NCBI GenBank assembly: GCA_029258885.1
Contig: JAPDJW010000009.1
Location: forward strand, 32,001 to 96,000
Direction: 5' to 3'
Length of the DNA: 64,000 nt
Origin: Thermoproteota archaeon
Lineage (GTDB): Archaea; Thermoproteota; Thermoprotei; Thermofilales; B9-G17
The translations under genes were made by a program, and so were the position numbers. This document shows, in pieces, positions 21,188 through 31,599 of this stretch. Positions within the stretch are counted from its first letter, which is position 1, and every line of letters starts with the position of its first letter. Below the pieces are notes generated by a model that had not been told where the DNA came from, ran no database searches, and saw nothing but the letters and a program-made list of their open reading frames with translations.

Positions 21188-22249
21188 CTACCCTAAAGCC
21201 TCATCAATACACCCCATAACCTCCCTAGCATAAATCAGCAATTTCCCCTTCTCATCCCTACTTAAGGATCTAAAGTGCATAGCATTATTCCTAATATACT
21301 CCAACTCCTTAAGCCTAGCCCTTACGAAATCCTCATCCTTAAACACATATTTGAATACGTCCATCCAATTATCTCTCCGAGGAATTATCTTGCTATAATC
21401 AGAGAAATTAATATATGCTATGGGGGTATTCTTCTCCTTTGCACTTATCCAAGGCTATATCGACTTTTCTTTTCAGCATTCTCCCTTACATCGCTTGAAA
21501 TTCTCTCAATTCACCACTTTTCAGTTAACTCTAGAAGCTTTGCCACTATAAGATTTCTCAGTGAAAGCTCTAAATTCTCAATTACCTCATAATCTCCAAT
21601 TTTCTCACTTTCTGCTTTTAACAAGCTCGAAAGAGACAATACTACATCCCTAACTAAAGGTTTAATAATACTTATTACTAAAAGCAGTACATTCCGAGAC
21701 AGACATCCACCACAAATAAACATGTCCAATAATCCTTGCTAACTCTAAAAGCGTGTGCAAAATTAAAAGCAGTATGTTCACTTCAGCTAACTTAGCTAGT
21801 GCCTCCAGCGACTCCATTCTATTTTTCTCAAAAGTTTCTAAAAAATCATGCACCTCTAGTAAAAGACTCCTCTCTTCTGATAGCTTAGTAGAGGATAAGT
21901 ATTCTGTTAAAATTCTGCATGCCTTTTTTAGAAGTTCTCTATCATTCCTTATATCTTCAGTAAAATCATCAAGCTTTTTCCTCAAAGAAGAATATTCCCC
22001 TCTAATGAAGTTATACAGTTTAATTAGTTCTAGGAAATTCATAGAGAAATCATCCATCACCATCTTAAAATCCACGCCATCTAAAAGTTTCACAAGCTCA
22101 TCAGCGGCATCTAACCTCTCCCTTGGTGTCTCCGCCTCGGTGATTCTCCGAATTAAGGACCGCACCTCTTTAACAGACATATTCCCACATATAGCAGGTT
22201 GATTCGTAGATAGATAATTAACACGTAAATATAGAACCAGAGGATTCAT
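21188..22249 (-). pseudogene. Decayed protein with N-terminal helical region and C-terminal Swt1-like HEPN domain
   Basis: Stitching frames gives YEVIENLELSLRNLI..KL...EKW*IERISSDVRENAE...PWISAKEKNTPIAYINFSDY.KII...DNW.DVFK..F......ARLKELEYIRNNAMHFR...EALG*. TGA at 21511-21513, frameshifts near 21450 and about 21670; stop at 21188-21190. The HEPN part is not in the ORF track. Confidence 0.7.
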
Positions 22250-22457
22250 AGGAGCAAAATAACTTATTCTATAATCTTACAGTTTAGCTAAACTATTCCT
22301 CCTAATCGGGGGCCTACATTCTCTAAGCGAAAAACCTTCTGGCTAAATAATCTTAAAAAGCCTTACTTAAGCCACGTGAATGTGAAAGCGCTTAATCTAG
22401 AAGAAAACAAAATTTTTTAATGCAAAATACTTAGGAAGATTAAATAGGTGAATATGT

Positions 22458-24478
22458 ATGACTGGGAGAATAGGGCATTATACCATAATACTATGTCATC
22501 TATTAATCATTAGTAATTTTCTGCTATTAATATCTCCGATAAAACTTTACTCAGAACCACATCCTGTATCCCTAGTAAACGATGCTTCAGGAGACGTCGA
22601 TTTAAGCTATATCGACATAATCTCAGCCACCATCCAATCTTCAGCTGAAGGGTTAACCCTAACGATTAGTCTACGGGGAAAGGTGCCGGAAGACTTCAAG
22701 GGCGATCAACTCATATACAGGTGGCGTTTCGACACGCTAAACAACTACAGGAGGGGCTCATCCTATAGGGGGATTAGAAACGATTTCACTTTTAAAATAA
22801 TGTATACTCCTCAGAAGGGATGGATAATAGATGAGGTAGCTCAAGCTAAAATAATCAATTTTAGGAGAGACTGGATTATAATTAGTGGTTCACAAGTTAT
22901 TTTAAATATTCCAGCTGGCTTCTACTGCATGCTATATGGGGAGATCAGATGGATTATTGAGGCCCTAGCATATCAAGGTGGAGCTAATAAATTAGATGTA
23001 GCGCCGAACGATGGGTATTTTACAGCCTATATACCAAGCGAGCTAAGGCAGGCTCCCGAAGAACTGCATAATGTGGGTCCACGAGACTTCGAAATATTCG
23101 TGGGCAGAAGGGACTCCAAGGATACATATCACGTGGGCGCGGGTAAAGTAAACTCAATATCGTATAGTATCAGTAATACGAGTATTCTATATATAACATT
23201 AGGCGGAACATTCGGCTCCGGAGGAGTATATAAAAGCCTGGATGGCGGGAAAACGTGGATAAACGTATGGAGTGGTGAATGCACTTATGCAAGCTACGTT
23301 TTAGTTCATCCTGAAGATAGCGAGAGGGTAATAGTAACAACGATGTTTAAGGGAATATACATTACGAGCGACGGCGGTAGGACGTGGCAACAAACCTACA
23401 GTCAATGTACAGTCTGGCAGCTAGCACTGGATCCCCTAGATCCAAACCATGTATACGCTGCAAGTATAAAAGGTATTTTAGAAACCAGAAACTTTGGATG
23501 GACTTGGAAGCTGGTGTATAGGTCGGATAAGCCACTATACTCTATCTCGGTGGCAAGAAGCGGAGGACATATCTACGTATATGCTGGAGGTATAGGCGGT
23601 TGCCCCGATATAGTTGTTCTTAAAGACAACCTACTACGTAGAATAGACGTAAATAATGAGATAGATTCAACAGTTCATATAGTAGGTAGCCTAGCAGCCT
23701 CACAGAATACGCCCGGACTGGTATACGGACGCTATGCGGAAAAACGGAGTCACTATACGTTTCCACGGATTATGGTGCACACTGGAGTAAGGTGTCGGAG
23801 CCTGTAAGGCTAATATACTTTGATCCAATAAATGAAAGCATCCTAATAGGCGAAACATCATACAGCATCTCCATCAGCTATGATCAGGGAAAAACATGGC
23901 ATCAACTATTCCCATACAACATTAAGAACATTGACATACGCTATATTTCAATAAATCCAGTAAACAACGACAACATCTACATATGCTCCGATCAAGGACT
24001 GTGGGTAACGTACGATAGAGGCAAAACATGGGTACCGCTAAATAATATCAGCAACACATTAATCTATAATTCCGCAATAAATCCTAGATATAAAAACATC
24101 ATAATAACGTCCGTACAAGACTACTCGCCATTTACGTCGTTCGATGGAGGAATAACATGGCTACAATTGGATGCAAATAAAATAATAAATAATCCACCCG
24201 TAGGCGAGGGAGGAACAGTAGCTTTTAACCCATTTAGGCCTGAGCTAGCATACGCTTATACAACGGTTGGTTTTCAAATATCCGAAAACTACGGATACAG
24301 CTTTAGACATATATGGAATCTTCCGCCCATTTCAGCAAGTTCACCTGATGCAATAGCCTTTAACTACTCAAATCCCAAGGTGGTGTATCTGGCTACATCT
24401 AAGGGAATATACGTCAGCTTAAGCTTAACCCGATCCATACGCTATAAATGCATTACAACAATAAATCATTTAACCTAA
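22458..24478 (+). pseudogene. Secreted Asp-box (BNR/sortilin-like) beta-propeller protein, frameshifted and truncated
   Basis: Repeated S/T.DGG.TW motifs in both ORFs. One missing base near 23729 joins GLVYG to TLCGKTESLYVSTDYGAHWSKVSEPV. The C-terminus breaks mid-repeat after GIYVS. Confidence 0.8.
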
Positions 24479-24673
24479 AACAAGAGCGAATAGTTAAATG
24501 GGTGCTAATAACTTTATGTAATACGTATCATATCGCCTACTGTGGCTACACTAGCTACAACACTTCTATCTAAATAAGCTAGAACTATAGTACCATTCCT
24601 AAATCGAATAGAAGATTAAATCGTTAAATGTCTTTTAATAATGTAAGTATTTTAGATTTTAACTTATGCTTTT

Positions 24674-25714
24674 TTATTGTAGAAACCTAGTAATTTCATT
24701 AAGCATGGTCTTAAGCCTATTGTATAGCTCTTTAGCTTTATTCAGAATCTCTCTAGACTTAGAGGGATTAGACTTAATACGGTCGATATAGTTTTTAAGT
24801 TCCTTGATGCCCTTAGAGACCTCAAGCAGAAGGACTCCAGCCTCCTCAATACACTTCAAATCATCCAAATCCATAGATGATAAAGCATTATACGATGCAT
24901 ATGACAAAAACACATCCCTAAATCCAACATAATCCCCATAAAGCTCATCAACCATCCTCTCAATAGCTTCAGCTGCATTAACAATCCTAAAAACATTCCT
25001 TATAGCCTTAGAGGAAAACCTAGCTCCATCACGCTCCAAAACAACAACAGCATCATACAAGCCACTGAGAGCATCAGAGGGAATAACCCACCTAAAATCA
25101 ATAGTGGCCTCACACTCCCCAGCCCTAAATTGCTTACCAGAAGTACAGTAACGCCTATCATTTGAATGAACAAAGCAAACGTAAACAACACCTCTAACCC
25201 TCTTAGCACAACGTAACTTAATAGAAATCTCAACAATGTCACCAGCGAAAAACTCACCGCCAGAAACCTCAAACCCAGAAACCAAAAATAAGGATCTATG
25301 CAAAACCCAAGAAATAGCATAGACAAACAAAGAAAAACCAACAATAAACCAAAAATACCGAGAAACAAAGCACATAAGCCAACCACCACAACAATCGAAG
25401 ATATAAACGCAATTATCTGTGCTTCCTACAGCCAGTAATCCGTTATTGCTCCATGCAACACGTTCAATAATGCCTCCTGCCCCATATTTCCATTTTAGGT
25501 TGCCATATGTATCAAAAACATAAATGTTATCATCGCAGCTTCTTACTGCAAGCAATCCGTTATTGCTCCATGCGATACATTTGACTGTGCCTCCTGTCAT
25601 GCGTCTCCATTTTGGGGTTATTTCGATTTGTATAATCGAGGCTGTTATTGTTACTATTAAAATTATAGTTGTTATAAGTGTGAGTTTTTTAAAACTGCTT
25701 TTAATATTAATGTT
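24674..25714 (-). pseudogene. Chimeric or partial WD40/PQQ-repeat protein with a frame-disrupted signal peptide
   Basis: Two repeats closely resembling those of 27237..29954, then a hydrophobic segment, an Ig-like beta region and a helical tail. An upstream ATG (about 25714, MKNSTLILKAVLK) joins the KLTLITTIILIV signal frame only via a -1 shift at TTTTAAAAAAC. Confidence 0.55.
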
Positions 25715-25779
25715 GAGTTTTTCATTGCTATTAGTAAATTACTTTTAATGATTATTAATTTAACTATTCTTGGAGTTTA

Positions 25780-27138
25780 TTAGATGTTCTTGTAGAGGTT
25801 TAGAATCCAGTTCCACAGTGGTGTTACTTTTATCTTTTTATTATTTTTCCTTATTTCGTCTTCTTGGCTCCATGTTATTATCTCTAGGTTTCTGCATCCG
25901 AGTGTTTTTGAGGCTTTAAATAGCGTCTCTACCTCTCTCCTCCACTGTTCCCTATCATCATACTCTAGATGGTATGTGACCTGTATCAGTTGCTTCACTC
26001 TCCCTTCATCCAGTACTATGAAGTCTACTTCCCTGCCGTTTTCCCTATAGTAAAATATATCTTGGTTCTCCCTGAGCCCCTTCTTTCTGAGCTCCATGAA
26101 TACTAGGTTTTCTAGGAGTCTTCCATAGAGCTCTGCCGTATGTATACCGTACACTCTTGTTAGTCCATTATCGACTACGTATAGCTTGGGTATACTCTGC
26201 TCAACTATCCTAAGGGATTTCGAGTATCGTTTGAGAGGAAAGGCTATGTAGGCGTCGTTCATATATTCGAGGTAGTTATAGAGCGTGTTTCTACTAACCT
26301 TCAGCCCAATGCTCTTCATATAGTTTGTAGTCCTCTTAATCGAAAATTCCCTAGCAAAGCCCGTAAACACGGCCTTGAAGAACAGTTTAACAAGCTTCAG
26401 GTTCTTCAGCCTATGCCTTTCAACGATGTCCCTATATAGCATCACGTTTGCATACTCCCTCAATATCCTATCCTTCTCCTCCTTTAAGACGACTTCTGGG
26501 AAGCTTCCATACTCCAAATAGCTTCTAAGCTCTTTCCTCACAAGAGCCTCAGTCCTCGTGGACATATACCTATCCACGGATACTCCTCTAGCCCTAAGTA
26601 TCTCGTTAAAGTTGAAAGGGAATATTTCGTAAATTAAGGTTCTACCCCTAAGTATAGATGCAATCTCCTTAGATAGGAGTTTGGAGGAGGATCCCGTAAC
26701 GAAAACTAGGCATCTGTCTCTCTCAACCATCCTCTTCACAAACCTCTCCCAGCCCTCAACCTCCTGAACCTCATCGAGAAAGAGGTACCGAATCTCCCTT
26801 CCAGAGTAAATACTCCTCAAAACCTTCACGGCAAGATCTAGATCGGATAGGGATGGCGGATAAAGCCTATCATCATCAAGCGGCAGGAAGCCTGACGGAT
26901 ACTTATCCCTAACCCGCTGATACATATATAGGAGGAAGAAGGTCTTCCCAGCCCTTCTAGGCCCAACAATTGAAATAGCCTTACGGAGAGAAACATTAAG
27001 CGGGACCTTTAAATCCCTACGTACAATATCCTCCCTTCTCTCCTCAAACTCCCTAATCACTTGACCGATAACATACTCTCTATCCATGTTAAGTATAGAG
27101 TGCAACTTTCCAATAAAGTTTCCCTCCATAATTAACAT
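25780..27138 (-). CDS. AAA_14 ATPase with DUF4143 domain
   Basis: IVGPRRAGKT, FLDEVQ, VTGSSS, LRGR, YLEYGSFP, KLYVVDNG, LLENLVFMEL, EVDF..QLIQV. Confidence 0.93.
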   Translation of the reverse strand: MLIMEGNFIGKLHSILNMDREYVIGQVIREFEERREDIVRRDLKVPLNVSLRKAISIVGPRRAGKTFFLLYMYQRVRDKYPSGFLPLDDDRLYPPSLSDLDLAVKVLRSIYSGREIRYLFLDEVQEVEGWERFVKRMVERDRCLVFVTGSSSKLLSKEIASILRGRTLIYEIFPFNFNEILRARGVSVDRYMSTRTEALVRKELRSYLEYGSFPEVVLKEEKDRILREYANVMLYRDIVERHRLKNLKLVKLFFKAVFTGFAREFSIKRTTNYMKSIGLKVSRNTLYNYLEYMNDAYIAFPLKRYSKSLRIVEQSIPKLYVVDNGLTRVYGIHTAELYGRLLENLVFMELRKKGLRENQDIFYYRENGREVDFIVLDEGRVKQLIQVTYHLEYDDREQWRREVETLFKASKTLGCRNLEIITWSQEDEIRKNNKKIKVTPLWNWILNLYKNI

Positions 27139-27236
27139 ATAATTACACGAGGAAACAGCAATTAGACTACCTAAGATATGTAACTAAATTAATTGTTTTC
27201 TTTTCTATTAGATAAAAACGTAGATATACCGTAGTT

Positions 27237-29954
27237 TTACTTCTTTTTATTTATGAATTTATGTTTATGTCGGAAGATAATGTAAATAGCTATAGTAAGG
27301 ACTATTACTGTGGCTGATATGTAAATGTAGGGTGAGAGAGTTTTTCTCCATTTAGCCTCTATGGTCATGGGAGAGTTGACGGTAATGTTAAGCGTAGGGG
27401 AGCTTGTTGTCATTTTGCTGTTGATGTACCATCCCTCGAATACTATATCGTATGGGAAGCCAGGGTAATACGTAGTATTCACCTTTAATGAAATTATGGA
27501 TCCCTCATCGTACCATCCGGAGACTGAAACATAGCCGTACTCGGATACAACTTTAACGTAGTACTGCTTCCTCCACATGGCTTTAAGCGTGTAAGGTTTA
27601 TCCACGGTAAACGTAAGGTTTAGACTAGTGGATACAATGCTATTATTCACCATCCATCCAGTGAAAACCACCCTAGTATCATTTCCATAGTCGATTGTAG
27701 AGGGGGATAAACTTACCGTAGCGATAGAGTCTTCATCATACCATCCTGAACCCGATATATTACCGTATCTTGACGTAGCGTTAACGTAGTATTGTCTCCT
27801 AAATATAGGCTTTAAAAGTACGTTATCCGTTAAATTCACTATCCTGAATGTAGAGGTTGAGCCATCGCTCCATTTAATGAAAATATGCTTAGTGTTATTT
27901 ATTATATAAACTGGTTCAATAGATATATTGTAGCATCCCCTAGGCAGTATAGTGCAGGAGCCATAGCATTTTGCTCCATTAACGTAGAAGTAGAAGCCCT
28001 TAAAGACGTCGGTGAAGATGAGTTGAACCCCGCCGAAAACCCCGTAATAGTAGTCGCCGCCAAAAGCCAGTAATCCATCACGCCAACTAACCGAGTAGAC
28101 CCAGCCTTTCACCCAGTATTTCCACTTTAAATTACCATCCGCGTCGAAGAGATAAAGATAGCCATCACAGCCTCCAACCGCCAGCAAGCCATAGATATTC
28201 CATGCAACGCATTTAATACACTCCTCCGTCTCATATTTCCACTTTAAATTACCATCCGCATCGAAGACATAGACATAGTGGTCGCAACTACCCACTGCCA
28301 ATAGATTACTATTACTCCATGCAACACACCAAACCCACCCTTCTGTCCTATACTTCCACCTTAAATTGCCGTTTTCATCAAATACGTATATATGGCTGTC
28401 AAAGCTACCAACAGCCAATAAACCATTATTGCTCCATGAAACACACTCAACACGGCTATTAGTCTTATACCTCCATTTTAAGTCACCCTTCTCATTAAAA
28501 ACATAGACATAGTGATCATCGCTTCCCACTGCCAGAAGGTTATTATTGCTCCAAGCAACGCAGTAGATAGGGCCATTTGCCTTATACTTCCACTTTAAAT
28601 TGCTGTAGGCATCGAACACATAGACGTAACCATCCCAACTTCCCACAGCCAGCAGATTATTGCTACTCCACACCACGCATTCAACATGGTCCCCTGTCCT
28701 ATATTTCCACTCTAAACCGCCATCAACGTTAAAAACGTAGACGTAGTTATCCCAGCTTCCAGCAGCTAGCAGACCGTTACTGCTCCATGCAACGCATTTA
28801 ACGTAATTATCTACCCTATACTTCCATTTTAAACTACCATAGGAGTCGAAGACGTAGATATGGCTATCAAGACCGCCCGCTGCCAGCAGGCCACCACTAC
28901 CCCATACGATACAGGAAATAGAACCTCCTGTCTCATACTTTGTTTTCAATGCACCATGGCCGTTGAATATGTAGACGTAGCCGTCCCAGCTACCAGCCGC
29001 CAGAAGATCATTATTGTTCCATGCAATACATGCGATATCTCCTCCTGACTTATATTTCCACTTTAAATTGCCCCACGAATCAAACACATATACGTAATTA
29101 TTCCAGCATCCTACAGCAAGCATGCCGCTGTTACTCCATGCAAGACAGTAGACGGGTTCATCCATCTTACACTTCCACTTTGGATTACCCTCCGAATCAA
29201 TTACGTAGATGCAGAAATTGCTTCCTACAGCAAGCAAATTACTGCTACTCCACATAATACAGTAAATAGGTCTTCCCAACTCATACTTCCACTTTAAATC
29301 ACCACTGGAGCTAAGGACGTAGACACGTCCATTAAGGCTCCCAATAGCCACTAATTCATTGTTGCTCCATGCAATACGGTGAATAGGTCCATTTATCCGA
29401 TACTTCCATTTCAAATTGCCCTCAGCATCAAAGACATAGACGTATCTATCCCAGCCCCCAGCGGCAAGCAAACTACTGTTACTCCATGTAACACACTCGA
29501 TATCCTCCTCCGTCTTGTATTTCCACCTCAAATTACCGTAGCTATCGAATACATAGACGTAGTCATCATCGCCTCCAGCAGCAAGTAAATTATCATTGCT
29601 CCATGCAACATACTCAATGCATGCTTCTGCCCTATACTTCCACCTCAAACTACCGTTTACATCAAATACGTAGATGAAGCTATCCATGCTCCCCACAGCC
29701 AGCAGACCATCGTTACTCCATGCAACACATTCAATACGGCCCTCAGCTCTATACTTCCACCTTAAACTACCGTTTACATCAAGCACCAATATGTAGCCGT
29801 TCCTCGTCCCTACAGCCAATAGGTCATTATACCAGCTTAAAGTTAACGGCGTACCAAGTATCTCCACTATCCACATCGGCTGCGGCTGAGCATTCACAAT
29901 CTGAAGCTGCAAAATTACGAAAACAAAGAATATAGCTAATCTCCGCATATCCAC
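27237..29954 (-). CDS. Surface WD40/PQQ-like beta-propeller protein (about 16 blades) with divergent InlB-B-like repeats and C-terminal TM anchor
   Basis: Signal peptide, 15 W(K/R)Y...C(V/I)AWS.NGLLAVGS.D..VYVFD..G.L repeats of 40 aa, F.GW and GSGWY repeats, TM plus basic tail. Confidence 0.9.
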   Translation of the reverse strand: MDMRRLAIFFVFVILQLQIVNAQPQPMWIVEILGTPLTLSWYNDLLAVGTRNGYILVLDVNGSLRWKYRAEGRIECVAWSNDGLLAVGSMDSFIYVFDVNGSLRWKYRAEACIEYVAWSNDNLLAAGGDDDYVYVFDSYGNLRWKYKTEEDIECVTWSNSSLLAAGGWDRYVYVFDAEGNLKWKYRINGPIHRIAWSNNELVAIGSLNGRVYVLSSSGDLKWKYELGRPIYCIMWSSSNLLAVGSNFCIYVIDSEGNPKWKCKMDEPVYCLAWSNSGMLAVGCWNNYVYVFDSWGNLKWKYKSGGDIACIAWNNNDLLAAGSWDGYVYIFNGHGALKTKYETGGSISCIVWGSGGLLAAGGLDSHIYVFDSYGSLKWKYRVDNYVKCVAWSSNGLLAAGSWDNYVYVFNVDGGLEWKYRTGDHVECVVWSSNNLLAVGSWDGYVYVFDAYSNLKWKYKANGPIYCVAWSNNNLLAVGSDDHYVYVFNEKGDLKWRYKTNSRVECVSWSNNGLLAVGSFDSHIYVFDENGNLRWKYRTEGWVWCVAWSNSNLLAVGSCDHYVYVFDADGNLKWKYETEECIKCVAWNIYGLLAVGGCDGYLYLFDADGNLKWKYWVKGWVYSVSWRDGLLAFGGDYYYGVFGGVQLIFTDVFKGFYFYVNGAKCYGSCTILPRGCYNISIEPVYIINNTKHIFIKWSDGSTSTFRIVNLTDNVLLKPIFRRQYYVNATSRYGNISGSGWYDEDSIATVSLSPSTIDYGNDTRVVFTGWMVNNSIVSTSLNLTFTVDKPYTLKAMWRKQYYVKVVSEYGYVSVSGWYDEGSIISLKVNTTYYPGFPYDIVFEGWYINSKMTTSSPTLNITVNSPMTIEAKWRKTLSPYIYISATVIVLTIAIYIIFRHKHKFINKKK
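28080..29860. repeat. Approx. 120-nt tandem repeat array encoding the propeller blades
   Basis: Recurrent tacttccac...aaa...cc and ttattgctccatgcaac units at about 120-nt spacing. Confidence 0.85.
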
Positions 29955-30241
29955 CTATAGCATCCTACTAAACCAAATATATATTTTCCTTTACAATCCC
30001 CTATATTCTCTATCGTAGAAATCCTCAATTTTCTCCTTTACTGATTCATCAAAAAGCAACTACACCCCTTCGAAGTAACTTCGCTCCTGTGAAGTAAAAT
30101 TACCTTGAATCATTAGAATGCTTAACTCTAAGATCAGCCTGAGAGTAGCATAACACAGCCTAATACATTGCCATTTAAATAGTTAGATTATTAAAGGATA
30201 TATTTTTCTACATAGCATCTAGTTTTCATAGTGGGATCTCT

Positions 30242-30754
30242 ATGATACTGGGTAGATCTGAGTTGCTTAGACGTTTAAATGATAATCCGCCGCTAATTGA
30301 GGGTCTTATCGACCCCGAAATTCAGGTTCAGCCCGCAGGTATTGAGCTTACCCTAAGGAAAGTCTACAGGATTTGTGGTGCCGGCTCAATAGATTTTGAT
30401 AATAGCGGGAGAATTATACCCAAGTATGAGGAGCTCAAGTTTAACGGTGAGTGGATTCACCTAGGCAGGGGCATCTATATTGTTCAATATAATGAGGTAG
30501 TGAATATGCCGCTCGACCTCGTTGCTATAGCTAGGCCCCGCTCATCCCTAGTCAGGTGTGGTGCAACTGTCGAAACTGCTGTGTGGGATCCGGGCTATAG
30601 GGGTAGAAGTTACTCCCTACTCATAGTATATAATGGGGAGGGTATAAGGTTGAAGAGGAACGCTAGGCTAGTACAGCTAGTTTTTATCAAGGTAATGGGA
30701 GATACAGGTGGAGGCTATAAGGGGGCATACCAGTTCGAGGGATTAAGGAAGTAG
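30242..30754 (+). CDS. dut: Trimeric dUTPase (dUTPase/dCTP deaminase family)
   Basis: QPAGIELT, RPRSSL.RCG, WDPGY.G, R.VQLVF, Y.GAYQ; the deaminase Glu is not seen. Confidence 0.8.
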   Translation: MILGRSELLRRLNDNPPLIEGLIDPEIQVQPAGIELTLRKVYRICGAGSIDFDNSGRIIPKYEELKFNGEWIHLGRGIYIVQYNEVVNMPLDLVAIARPRSSLVRCGATVETAVWDPGYRGRSYSLLIVYNGEGIRLKRNARLVQLVFIKVMGDTGGGYKGAYQFEGLRK

Positions 30755-31138
30755 CTCCTCTATTCTAACGAATTTAGCTCCACCTCTTTCTAGCATCCGT
30801 TTATCGTTTTCAGACATGATGTGTATTTCGAAGGGGTAGAAGAAGGAGACGCCCCTATCTTCCATCCTCCTCCATATCTCATCGATTATTCTAACCCTTT
30901 CCCTGGCGCTCTCCGGGACCTTATCAACTATAATAGCTATATCTATATCGCTATCCACCGTAAGTTCTCCTCTAACAGCTGAGCCGAAGACGTAAACTGG
31001 CCTATTTCCTAGAACCTCTCTCACGGAATCCCTAACTATGGGCAACAGCTTTCTCCATGAAAGCAGCTCCTTAAGCCTTTTAATCCTAGTCTCAAAGTAT
31101 ATATCCTTAGCTGAAGACTTCCCTTTCAATCTTATCAA
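30743..31138 (-). CDS. Minimal nucleotidyltransferase (MNT) antitoxin
   Basis: YVFGSAVRGE...DSDIDIAI; PFEIHI. Confidence 0.9.
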   Translation of the reverse strand: MIRLKGKSSAKDIYFETRIKRLKELLSWRKLLPIVRDSVREVLGNRPVYVFGSAVRGELTVDSDIDIAIIVDKVPESARERVRIIDEIWRRMEDRGVSFFYPFEIHIMSENDKRMLERGGAKFVRIEELLP

Positions 31139-31529
31139 CCATATCTATAATTCTCCTAGCGATATTAATGCACTCCTCCGAGTCAAGCCTAGAGTATCCG
31201 GTTAAGAGGTATCTTCCGCCAGTATATGCGTCTTCCAGTAACCTTAAGGAGCTCCTATTTTCACGCATGAAACGTCTAATCTCTTTAACCTTAGGATAAC
31301 CCAGTTTATCTAGCGCGTCCGAGAGTATGCCCAGTATCTCTCTCATGCTATGTGTTCTAGGTAGTGAGCCATATATTCTCAGTATGAGAGATTTTAGGCG
31401 GAGCTGAACAGCTTGTTCGGCAAAGAAGCAGGATAGATCGTATTCTCCCCTCTCTAAGGCTTCAATTGAATACTGTAGGAACTTAGAGGCTCTTTCCCTC
31501 AAAACCCTAACGTGATCATGTGTAGACAT
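31107..31529 (-). CDS. HEPN domain protein paired with MNT
   Basis: A..FL..S..AL..G.YD.SCF.AEQAVQL.LK, PRTHS, LEDAY...RY; overlaps the MNT gene. Confidence 0.9.
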   Translation of the reverse strand: MSTHDHVRVLRERASKFLQYSIEALERGEYDLSCFFAEQAVQLRLKSLILRIYGSLPRTHSMREILGILSDALDKLGYPKVKEIRRFMRENRSSLRLLEDAYTGGRYLLTGYSRLDSEECINIARRIIDMVDKIEREVFS

Positions 31530-31599
31530 GGTTATCTAAATCAAATATATTTAAGAGCTATTTATTTTCTCGCATTAATTATAGAAACGTTTATATTCA

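Noticed and set aside
10467-21513. Stop-codon reassignment (pyrrolysine or selenocysteine) to explain in-frame TAG/TGA in broken genes
   Set aside because: Many intact genes here end normally in TAG and TGA, the same genes also carry frameshifts, and no pyl/sel machinery or SECIS-like element was seen.
22281-22294. 14-bp palindrome agtttagctaaact upstream of the HEPN pseudogene
   Set aside because: Short and AT-rich, so it could arise by chance; there is no second copy.
27900-29900. Regular repeats as a possible CRISPR array
   Set aside because: The units are about 120 nt, degenerate at third codon positions and lie inside one open frame; they are protein repeats, with no unique spacers and no cas genes.
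29995-30175. Coding-like minus-strand stretch (QERSYFEGV*LLFDESVKEKIEDFYDREYRGL)
   Set aside because: Too short and interrupted to assign; possibly a gene remnant.
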